64,000 bases of DNA, taken from positions 1,043,713 through 1,107,712 of the forward strand of contig CP070761.1 in assembly GCA_020348985.1 (NCBI GenBank). Reading direction: 5' to 3'. This DNA is from Candidatus Thorarchaeota archaeon. GTDB taxonomy: Archaea > Asgardarchaeota > Thorarchaeia > Thorarchaeales > Thorarchaeaceae. A program made the translations under genes and the position numbers. The stretch's first letter is position 1, and the number at the start of each line of letters is the position of its first letter. Below the pieces are notes generated by a model that made no database searches, was not told where the DNA came from, and worked only from the letters and a program-made list of their open reading frames with translations. Positions 29,745-37,661 of this stretch are shown here, piece by piece.

Positions 29745-30484
29745 TGAGGAGCCTCCACGTTTTCAAAGAGAATGTCTCTGATTCGTTTGAAGGACTTCAG
29801 GTATTCACTATCACCCACAGAGTATGCGTTTAGCAGCCAATGATACATGGCAGTAACATCGGGGTCCGTAACGTCCTCTCTGACCATGTTTGCGATTTTC
29901 GTTCTCCACTTGTCTTGCATGAGTTCGATTCCTACTCTGAGTTCAATCAGTTCCTTTACCTTGTCGGAGGGGATATCAAGGTTGAATGATTTGAGGGTGC
30001 GCTGGATTTGTTCAGTTTCCCGCTTACGAAGAAAATCTGCCCCAAGATTCGGGGTTTCCATAGTTATGACATACTGCTTCGCAGCTCTTCGATAATAGTC
30101 GGTTGTCCTCTTGCCGGTTTTGAGAGTCCCATACCTAATAATGAAACCCTCTTCAATCATCTTGGGCAAATGATGGTTAACCTGATTCCTCGAAAGCTCC
30201 ATGATGTCTATGTGCTCTTCTGACATCTTCACAATCTCAGTGATTGAAAGGATATTGCGCAGCACAGATGTACGCTCCAACGTCTTTTCGCCAGACTCCT
30301 TGTCTACGGACTGTAGAGTTATTCTGTCCGGAACGCCTCGACTCAGTATCCGTATTATTGCGCGCCTCGCAGGATGGTCGAGTTCAATGGCCTTCTGTGG
30401 ATCTGTCAGAAACATGGCCTGTTTTTGGTCCTTCTTTCCTTCATCTGTAACTAAGATTCCCGAGATGCCGTCGCCGAGACTCAT
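29741..30484 (-). CDS. ArsR-like winged-helix regulator with an insertion
   Basis: LDHPARRAIIRIL, NQVNHHLPKM..EGFI, YYRRAA; ATGA overlap with tldD; start re-called to ATG 30484. Confidence 0.75.
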   Translation of the reverse strand: MSLGDGISGILVTDEGKKDQKQAMFLTDPQKAIELDHPARRAIIRILSRGVPDRITLQSVDKESGEKTLERTSVLRNILSITEIVKMSEEHIDIMELSRNQVNHHLPKMIEEGFIIRYGTLKTGKRTTDYYRRAAKQYVITMETPNLGADFLRKRETEQIQRTLKSFNLDIPSDKVKELIELRVGIELMQDKWRTKIANMVREDVTDPDVTAMYHWLLNAYSVGDSEYLKSFKRIRDILFENVEAPQ

Positions 30485-30524
30485 TTCATCAAAACCGACC
30501 TGATAGACGATTTGTGTTTGGTAT

Positions 30525-30561
30525 AACAAACAGTAATTGTTTGTTGCTACAAACATATAAA
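30525..30561 (-). promoter_or_regulatory. TATA box plus palindromic operator of the wHTH-tldD-pmbA operon
   Basis: TTTATATG at 30561-30554 (minus strand); perfect inverted repeat AACAAACA-N5-TGTTTGTT at 30525-30545. Confidence 0.6.
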
Positions 30562-30613
30562 GGTTGACAATAGCGCTCTCAATATCTTCTGATCGAGACA
30601 GAACTTCTGGTAA

Positions 30614-30841
30614 TCAATCAGACCGGATTATGTCTGGCGGTCGAGGAAGCAGTGTTCGATCTATTCTGATGACTCTCACTGGGCATTGGAACTCGCAAGC
30701 TGTACAATCAATACAGTTTCCGGGATTTGCCAGCTCGGCTTTCTTGGCTTCTTTGTCTATTCGCCACACCCCTCTAGGACAAACGAGAATGCAGTCTTCG
30801 CAGCCAACACATGCATCATAATCGTATGTTATCACAATCAT
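30614..30841 (-). CDS. 2[4Fe-4S] ferredoxin (HgcB-like position, no C-terminal Cys tail)
   Basis: CVGCEDCILVCP and CIDCTACEFQCP; 5 nt downstream of the HgcA-like gene. Confidence 0.88.
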   Translation of the reverse strand: MIVITYDYDACVGCEDCILVCPRGVWRIDKEAKKAELANPGNCIDCTACEFQCPVRVIRIDRTLLPRPPDIIRSD

Positions 30842-30846
30842 CGACC

Positions 30847-31809
30847 TCAGACAAGCCCTCCGGGAAAGTAGAAGCCCAATGCAAAGATGGCGATCAGCAG
30901 TATGAGTCCCACAATGATGTCGCGCTCCATCTGGACCTCACCCATGAACGGCGTAGCACCACCCCAATTGAAACCCACGAAGATAGACAGTCCCAGAATA
31001 GTAAGGCCAGTTGTGTCTAGCCAGACCAGTGGGGCCATGTAGAATACGACGACCACGACCTTCCATAAGAACAGTGAAAGAACTCCCGTTATGGTACCCT
31101 TAACCAAACCGGATGTTGTGGGCATCATCGGGTCCGCTATTGACATGAAAGTGCCAAATGCGTATGCGGCAAGCAAGAGAAGAATTAGATTCGAAGACCA
31201 AAAGCCAAACCAATCGAGAAGGGGACCTCCGAAGAGAGATAACACCCAGAATATTGGAGTCATCATGAGGAACATAGCAGTCTCAAAAACCAGATGTCTA
31301 AGGTTCTCTTCAAGACGGCTACGAAGTTCAAAGGTCACCAAGCTCTGCTCTGCAGACTTCTTGAAACCGTTCCCAATGAATTCACCAACATCATCTATGT
31401 CAACAGGCCCAAACACTGCATCCCAGCCATTGTCCTTCAATTCAGGTTTGGAAACTGCACTGGCAATTAGCTGTGGTAAGATGAGCATTCTGTGGTTGAC
31501 TGCTTCAGCAAGTTTGAATTCGTCAATTGCATCTAGGACTGAGGCTGTGTTCACATGTCCGCCTCTACTGCCGCACCACACGTTGATTCCTCTTCCGTCG
31601 ACCACTAGTAGATGGCATCTAATGCCTTGTCTCTCGATTGAGTCCATCACACGACTTACAGTAAGATAGTAGTTGACCGTGACAAGCACCGGAGACTCCT
31701 CGTTTGGTTCATTGAATGAATAGAGCCCAGTCGGGTATTCAATGGCCAGGACAGGCCACATCATCTGGCCACCCAGAACACACGCATAGTATTTTGCTCC
31801 TTTACTCAT
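30847..31809 (-). CDS. HgcA-like membrane corrinoid protein (CdhD/CdhE-type cobalamin domain plus about 5 TM helices), non-canonical cap helix
   Basis: TGLY...P.EESPVLVTVNYYLT, LVVDGRGINVWCGSRGG, HRMLILPQL, FGPV, VTF..RSRL, TM region with FNWGGATPF. Confidence 0.85.
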   Translation of the reverse strand: MSKGAKYYACVLGGQMMWPVLAIEYPTGLYSFNEPNEESPVLVTVNYYLTVSRVMDSIERQGIRCHLLVVDGRGINVWCGSRGGHVNTASVLDAIDEFKLAEAVNHRMLILPQLIASAVSKPELKDNGWDAVFGPVDIDDVGEFIGNGFKKSAEQSLVTFELRSRLEENLRHLVFETAMFLMMTPIFWVLSLFGGPLLDWFGFWSSNLILLLLAAYAFGTFMSIADPMMPTTSGLVKGTITGVLSLFLWKVVVVVFYMAPLVWLDTTGLTILGLSIFVGFNWGGATPFMGEVQMERDIIVGLILLIAIFALGFYFPGGLV

Positions 31810-32468
31810 TTCTCCGCCTCCGCTACAAACAGGACAAGCATCCCTTGTAGGAATGATACCTTGTATCTTGGGTTCAGGCCAGCATTCTTCATGGCTTGAG
31901 CAACTCTGTGATGAGGGTGGGATATCAGAGTCGTCAGCTTGCTGACAATCCAGAAGCTTGCTCTCCTAATCATAGAGGTAAATGCCCCAATCAAACCGGC
32001 GCGCACTTCTCCTTCCCCGCCGATTGCTACGAGCCCGCCAGGCTTAACCATCCTAGCAGCTTCTTGCAGAAGGCGCTCTAGTTCTTTTGGTTGAAGTTCG
32101 CTAATCAAGAGCGTGCTGACGACTATATCAAACGTGTGGGCTTCTATGTCAAGACTTAGAGCACTCCCAAGAAAGAATCTCAGCCGTCTCTTCAGGTTGT
32201 ATCTTCTGCATCGCTCTTGGGCGAGCTTGAGCATTCGAGGATTTAGATCGACTCCAACACCAGTCGCACCTCTGCGCCCTGCCTCTACAAGCAACTGACC
32301 AGTTCCGCAACCAAGATCAAGGACTCGACCTCGTCTAGGTACGACGCTGTCCAGCAGGTAGTTTCTCATGGCCGAGGCTTGGCCTAGTGTGAGTAGTCCA
32401 ATCCAGCGGTCATACTGGTTGGCCGCTCGTTCTTCAGTTAGCCTCATCAGAATAGTCGCCATGACCAC
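31806..32468 (-). CDS. Class I SAM-dependent methyltransferase (corrinoid-protein-associated, CpaM-like)
   Basis: VLDLGCGTG, GVD, FDIVVS, VKPGG; N-terminal LMRL.E....YD..I.LLTLG; ATGA overlap with the HgcA-like gene. Confidence 0.85.
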   Translation of the reverse strand: MVMATILMRLTEERAANQYDRWIGLLTLGQASAMRNYLLDSVVPRRGRVLDLGCGTGQLLVEAGRRGATGVGVDLNPRMLKLAQERCRRYNLKRRLRFFLGSALSLDIEAHTFDIVVSTLLISELQPKELERLLQEAARMVKPGGLVAIGGEGEVRAGLIGAFTSMIRRASFWIVSKLTTLISHPHHRVAQAMKNAGLNPRYKVSFLQGMLVLFVAEAEK

Positions 32469-32683
32469 GCGCCTGATGTGATATGTGCGTGCGTGTATTT
32501 CAGGATGCTGCCCAGCGTAGTGTGGTTCCTTCTCGAATCGAAGGCATAACCTGAGATTTCAAGTCAACACTCATCATCTTTCAAGGGATGCGGCGATTTT
32601 TCGCCGTTCAAAGGCGCCAAACCATTCTCTGACCGAGTGGACCACCCTAGGACTTTATATTATCCAGATAATGTCTCAGTGAT

Positions 32684-32812
32684 ATGAAGGGCGCGCGACA
32701 TCATACACGTGTTTACCTTACGAGAATCAGACCGCGTGTGGAGTACGAAGCGCCCGTAGAGGATCTCTCCAAGATCGAAGTTCGTTTTGAGCCGAAAGTT
32801 GCGGCGAAGTGA
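32684..32812 (+). CDS. Putative 42-aa small protein (leaderless)
   Basis: MKGARHHTRVYLTRIRPRVEYEAPVEDLSKIEVRFEPKVAAK; TTTATA box at 32654-32659, about 25 nt upstream of the ATG. Confidence 0.45.
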   Translation: MKGARHHTRVYLTRIRPRVEYEAPVEDLSKIEVRFEPKVAAK

Positions 32813-32920
32813 GGGTTTCTGCTACTCCTTTAGACGCCACTATGAGTGCTCAGTCATTGATTCCAAACGGGCCCAATGCTTAAACAGGATAATACCATGT
32901 CAGATTGGGCGTGGTAGGTG

Positions 32921-33382
32921 ATGCAGCAGATTGACTTTGCTTCCATATCCATCATAATCGCTTCGACATGTGTTGTTGTTGGAGTTATTCTTGCGATACT
33001 TCAGCTTAGAGACCAGGTCAAGAACCGGCAAGCACAGCTTGTCGTCCAACTCTAAGCCCAGTTCAGCGATCCAGAGTTCCTGAAGAATCTCGCATACGTG
33101 GTTGATTTGCCCACGCAGGACGCATCAGACGACCGGCTTGTGCGTCTGACCACGAGAAATGAAACGGTTGTCTCAGTTATGGCCTTCTTTGAGGGCGTTG
33201 GAGTTCTTGTGAATAGGGGCTTGATTGATATCAACCTGGTGGGAGACATGCTTTCCACTCCAATCATACTAGCTTGGCAAGCCGTTGAACCGCACATCAT
33301 GGCTCGAAGGAAAGCGGTACAGCGGGACCAGATTTGGGACTGGTTTGAGTATCTGTACAATAGAATCCAGAGCCTGCCCTAA
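32921..33382 (+). pseudogene. DUF4760-like membrane-anchored protein interrupted by an in-frame TAA
   Basis: MQQIDFASISIIIASTCVVVGVILAILQLRDQVKNRQAQLVVQL*AQFSDPEF...FFEGVGVLVNRGLID...WDWFEYLY; TAA at 33053-33055; AGGTG SD. Confidence 0.7.
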
Positions 33383-33448
33383 AAAGCTGCACCGGAACCG
33401 CTCAAATGGTAGCCTACATAACGGCTTGGCGACGAGACTCAGGATAGA

Positions 33449-34393
33449 CTACTCGGTAGGAACAGCATCCTCTGCTTTCTGCACTTCAATGCCAAGTCGT
33501 TCCCAATTGGGTTCGTTCTTTCTCATCTGGTATTGAAGATGGGTCGTTAGGCCAAACTCCTCCGGTTCGTGACCGAAAGCCAGAGCCAGCAACTCAACGA
33601 CGTGCAGTATGTCGTAGTGATACTCCGTTTCGAAATGCTTCTGAATCTCCACCTGTCCAAGGTCTAGTTGCAGCTCGCAGAATGGACATGGTGTGACGAT
33701 TATGTCTGCGCCACCCACCGACTCCAGGCTGTCAAACTTCTGCTTCGTGAAGTCAAGTGCTGTCTTTACGTCGGCAGTTCTTACTGCACCCCCGGCACCA
33801 CAGCATATCAGTTCGTCCTTGTACGGAACATATTCTGCGCCTGTTGTCTCACAGATATCACGGAGTATGTGCGGTCTCTCTGATTCGTCCTTCTTCTTGA
33901 TATGCTTCGGACGCATCCAGTGGCAGCCCGGATGAATCGCCATCCTAACGCCAGTCAAAGGTCTGGTGACCTTCTCGCGAATCTTATCCAGTCCTATTCG
34001 ATGAAGTGCATCAACGTGGTGTGTGACCTCGATTGTGCCCTTATACTCTCTCCCAACTTCAGCAAGAGCTTCGTTCACTGCTGCCTTAAGCTCTGGATCG
34101 TGCTTCATCTCATGGTCGGCATCAAACATGCTGGCGAAGCATCCGTTGCATCCAGTGGTAATGTCATGACCTCCAACCTCTGCAATTGTCAGATTCCGTG
34201 CTGCAATGGCCGCCCAAGTTACACGGTCGAACGAACCGAAGACTCCGGGAGCAGGACAGCAACTGGCACCCTCCATATCAAGAAGCTCCATGCCCAGATC
34301 TTTGAAGACTAGTCGAGCGGCGCTCTCTATGCTAGGATATCTATGCGGAATAATGCACCCAAGGAAATGGTAGTACTTCTGCTTCTTTGCCAT
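33449..34393 (-). CDS. hdrB: Heterodisulfide reductase subunit B (methanogen-type SCCPAPG)
   Basis: FLGCIIPHRYP, ASCCPAPGVFGS, GCNGC, HPGCH, CCGAGG, CPFC. Confidence 0.93.
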   Translation of the reverse strand: MAKKQKYYHFLGCIIPHRYPSIESAARLVFKDLGMELLDMEGASCCPAPGVFGSFDRVTWAAIAARNLTIAEVGGHDITTGCNGCFASMFDADHEMKHDPELKAAVNEALAEVGREYKGTIEVTHHVDALHRIGLDKIREKVTRPLTGVRMAIHPGCHWMRPKHIKKKDESERPHILRDICETTGAEYVPYKDELICCGAGGAVRTADVKTALDFTKQKFDSLESVGGADIIVTPCPFCELQLDLGQVEIQKHFETEYHYDILHVVELLALAFGHEPEEFGLTTHLQYQMRKNEPNWERLGIEVQKAEDAVPTE

Positions 34394-34942
34394 CTACTCA
34401 CTCGCCTCCTTTTCTGCAACCAGCTTGTCAAAGCCGGTCTTCTTGGCAATCTTCACGATTTCTTCGATGGCATCTGGAAATCTGCTTGCATTAGGCGGAA
34501 CTGGCTCGATATTCACCTTTTCACGAAGCTTCTCCCATGACTCTTTGTCAAGAGGAACTGCATGACCAGCTTCGAGGACTTTCAGGGCCACTTTCTGATG
34601 GGGTTCAAGCATGTAGCCTTCAGCAACGGCCACATTCCGTATCGCCTTGATCACATCAGTCGGCTTGACATCCTGCGGACATCTGTCAGTGCATGTGTAA
34701 CATGTTGTACAGTACCATAGTTCGGGACCCGAAATACAGTCTTCCTTCAGACCAAGTAACGCCTTTCGGATGATTCCTCTGACGAGATAGTTCGTGCGGG
34801 CTCCTGCAGGACAGCTTCCGCTGCAAGTGCCGCATTGATAGCACGATCGGATGTTAGGGCCTCCAGTCTTGATAATCATTTCAACGAAGTCTGTGTCAAC
34901 GTCGTCAATATCTATGGGAGCCTTCTCTTCCGCACTGGTCAA
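34394..34942 (-). CDS. hdrC: Heterodisulfide reductase subunit C
   Basis: CYQCGTCSGSCP, WYCTTCYTCTDRCP, GHAVP. Confidence 0.93.
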   Translation of the reverse strand: MTSAEEKAPIDIDDVDTDFVEMIIKTGGPNIRSCYQCGTCSGSCPAGARTNYLVRGIIRKALLGLKEDCISGPELWYCTTCYTCTDRCPQDVKPTDVIKAIRNVAVAEGYMLEPHQKVALKVLEAGHAVPLDKESWEKLREKVNIEPVPPNASRFPDAIEEIVKIAKKTGFDKLVAEKEASE

Positions 34943-35050
34943 GATGTCACACCGACCTCGGCGCGATGTAGAAACTCACCTTAAATCCATTGTCAATTGT
35001 CCATAAACTGAGCCAAACATTATTCGGCATGTGTGTTACCAGTTTGAGCG

Positions 35051-36130
35051 ATGCTGTGTCCAAACCATGACGAACAGAAGAGGCTAGCCAGCCAGTCCAT
35101 AGGTTACTGTGGTTCTTGCATTTCTGGTGACCAGGCGCTACTAGAGATGTCAAGAATCTCTCATAGACGGCTGCGCTCTCGAGACAAACTTGTTCTAACA
35201 GTTCCGAAAGAAGGTGCAGTGGTCTGTCCAGAATGTGGGAATCATTGCAGACTGGATGATGGTGAGAAAGGTCTCTGCAATCTTCGAGAGGCTCAAGAGG
35301 GGAAAATCGTCGAGAGGTTCCCTGGACAAGCAATAGTATCGTGGTATTTCGATCCATTGCCAACCAACTGCGTGGCTGATTGGGTATGCCCTTGTACAGA
35401 GGATGTTGCTGTTCACGGACACTATAGTCTGAACAATCTTGCAGTGTTCTATGGTTCATGTAGTTCAGACTGTCTGTTTTGCCAAAACTCGAGCTATCGT
35501 GGCATGATGAGTAAGGGAGCACCACTCATGACTCCGAGCGAGCTGGCTTCTGCAGCCAACGACAAGACCGCATGTGTTTGCTACTTCGGAGGAGACCCAT
35601 CTTGTAACCCTCAGCACTCGGTCAAAACATCGCGACTCCTAATGGAAGAACGTGTAATCAAAGTATGTTACGAAACTTGGGGGATAATCTCTAGCAAATG
35701 GTTGACAAAAATAGCAGACGTTGCTGAAGAAAGCAAGGGAACTATCAAGATTGACCTTAAGGCGCTCAATCCACTCCTCTATGAAGCAATGACAGGTGTC
35801 TCTAATGAGACAGTATTGAAGAACTTCAGAGAGTTGGCACGTCGAGGTCTAAAGATCGACAGGCCGTTCCTAGTTGCCAGTATTCTTCTTGTACCGGGGT
35901 ATGTTGGTGTTTCCGAAGTCAGGAGCCTGAGCGAGTTCATTGCTGACTGTGACCCTACAATACCGACAGCTCTTCTCGGTTTTGCACCACACCACGGCAT
36001 GTCTGATCTTCCCAGAACAAGTCGGAATCACGCGGCAGAGGCTCAAGCGGTCGCTGTCGTATCAGGGCTAACGAATGTACGAATTGGAAATCTCGGTTTG
36101 CTTTCTGGAGCGGAGTATGACACCGATTAG
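35051..36130 (+). CDS. Radical SAM protein (PFL-activase/AmmeMemoRadiSam-like, extra Cys-rich N-terminus)
   Basis: CSSDCLFCQN (CxxxCxxC), YFGGDP, CYET, IDLKA; additional CPECGNHC and DPLPTNC motifs. Confidence 0.85.
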   Translation: MLCPNHDEQKRLASQSIGYCGSCISGDQALLEMSRISHRRLRSRDKLVLTVPKEGAVVCPECGNHCRLDDGEKGLCNLREAQEGKIVERFPGQAIVSWYFDPLPTNCVADWVCPCTEDVAVHGHYSLNNLAVFYGSCSSDCLFCQNSSYRGMMSKGAPLMTPSELASAANDKTACVCYFGGDPSCNPQHSVKTSRLLMEERVIKVCYETWGIISSKWLTKIADVAEESKGTIKIDLKALNPLLYEAMTGVSNETVLKNFRELARRGLKIDRPFLVASILLVPGYVGVSEVRSLSEFIADCDPTIPTALLGFAPHHGMSDLPRTSRNHAAEAQAVAVVSGLTNVRIGNLGLLSGAEYDTD

Positions 36131-36207
36131 ATTCGAATCTTTATCCTTCCACAACACCAGTCTTATAACACTAGAATCTACGCCGGACGATATTCAGAGG
36201 TCTGTGA

Positions 36208-36753
36208 ATGTCTGAACCTGAATCTCCTGAATTGATCGACTCACGGGATATCGACCCTGAGTTCATCAACCAGATTATTGAAGCAGGAGCAGACAGAATC
36301 AGATCATGTATTCAATGTGGAACTTGTACCGCGGTATGTCCAAGCGGGAGAAGAACTGCTTTCAGAACACGACAGCTGATTCGCAAGGCTATACTCGGTC
36401 TGAAAGATGAAGTGGTTTCAAATTCCGATCTTTGGTTGTGCACTACTTGCTATACCTGCCTTGAGAGATGTCCTCGAGAAATCAAAATCACTGATGCGAT
36501 ACTAACAATGCGGAATATCGCAGTCAGGGAAGGCTACATGCTTCCACCTCACAAGAACATCTCAAAGAAGCTCATCAAGACAGGCCACGCGGTTCCCTTG
36601 GACAAGGCTAACCAGGTAAAGAGAAAGAAGCTCGGGTTGGAGGAGATTCCGCCAACTGTTCATGCACATGAGGCTGCACTCAAAGACGTCGTCAACATCA
36701 TTGAATCTACAGGTTTCAGAGACCTGATAGAGAGCAAGGGAAAGGAGGGCTGA
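36208..36753 (+). CDS. hdrC: Heterodisulfide reductase subunit C
   Basis: CIQCGTCTAVCPSGRRT, WLCTTCYTCLERCPR, TGHAVP. Confidence 0.93.
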   Translation: MSEPESPELIDSRDIDPEFINQIIEAGADRIRSCIQCGTCTAVCPSGRRTAFRTRQLIRKAILGLKDEVVSNSDLWLCTTCYTCLERCPREIKITDAILTMRNIAVREGYMLPPHKNISKKLIKTGHAVPLDKANQVKRKKLGLEEIPPTVHAHEAALKDVVNIIESTGFRDLIESKGKEG

Positions 36754-36758
36754 GTGAT

Positions 36759-37661
36759 TTGACTGAGACTCAGACCTATTCCTTCTTCTTGGGCTGTGTC
36801 ATGCCAAACCGGTTCCCAAGCCTAGAGAAGTCAATCCGTGTTGTGTTACCTAAACTAGGCATCCATTTGGAGGACTTGGAAGGGGCGAGCTGCTGTCCCG
36901 CTCCGGGCGTGTTTCGTTCTTTTGACGAGAATACATGGCTGGCACTTGCGTCTAGAAACCTCGCCCTTGCTGAGGCGACAGGGAACAACCTCGTTACTGG
37001 CTGTAATGGATGCTATGGCACATTCAAAGAGGCCCTTCACGATGTGCGTGAAGATCCAGGTAGACTCAGGAATGTGCGGAAGATTCTGAAAGGTATCGGA
37101 ATAAACTATCAGGCAAAAATCGAAGCAAAGCATGTAATAGAACTGTTGAATGAACTCGGATCGGAAGGGCTGAAGCCTCATGTTTCACGTCCACTTGACA
37201 ACATCAGGGTTGGAGTTCACTACGGCTGCCATCTTCTCAAGCCCAGCAAACAGCGGCCTTGGCCAAAGACACAGAAGCCCACATTCCTTGACGAGCTGGT
37301 TGAAGCAACAGGTGCCACGAGCGCCAAATACAAGAACAAGAATCTGTGCTGCGGCGCTGGCGGCGGAATCAGAGGAAGCAATGTACCCCTAGCCGATGAT
37401 ATTGCCAAGGAGAAACTAGGCAATTTGCTGGCAGTAGGAGTTGATGCCATTATCAACGTTTGCTCATTTTGCCATCTTCAGTACGAACAGGCGCAAATAG
37501 AGTTGAACAAAGAACTTGGTGAGGAGCGATACAATATTCCTGTGCTTTACTACACACAGCTCCTAGGTCTTGCAATGGGAATAGACCCGGTTGAGCTAGG
37601 TCTGAATATGCATCTCGTAGACACTTCTCACTTGCTGGAGAAAGTCGAAGTTCAGTCATAG
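36759..37661 (+). CDS. hdrB: Heterodisulfide reductase subunit B
   Basis: FFLGCVMPNRFP, SCCPAPGV, GCNGC, HYGCH, CCGAGGG, CSFCH. Confidence 0.93.
   Translation: MTETQTYSFFLGCVMPNRFPSLEKSIRVVLPKLGIHLEDLEGASCCPAPGVFRSFDENTWLALASRNLALAEATGNNLVTGCNGCYGTFKEALHDVREDPGRLRNVRKILKGIGINYQAKIEAKHVIELLNELGSEGLKPHVSRPLDNIRVGVHYGCHLLKPSKQRPWPKTQKPTFLDELVEATGATSAKYKNKNLCCGAGGGIRGSNVPLADDIAKEKLGNLLAVGVDAIINVCSFCHLQYEQAQIELNKELGEERYNIPVLYYTQLLGLAMGIDPVELGLNMHLVDTSHLLEKVEVQS

Noticed and set aside
29741-30841. The ferredoxin TGA (30616-30614) is in frame with the downstream wHTH ORF, suggesting readthrough fusion
   Set aside because: The intervening sequence holds a TATA box and operator and does not look protein-like. 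The frame match is probably chance.
30847-31809. Calling this gene hgcA (mercury methylation)
   Set aside because: The cap helix deviates from NVWCA(A/G)GK and the ferredoxin lacks the HgcB C-terminal cysteines, so it is reported as a paralog.
32469-32660. Cobalamin riboswitch upstream of the corrinoid operon
   Set aside because: No B12-box or GGGAA/ACTG core was recognisable.
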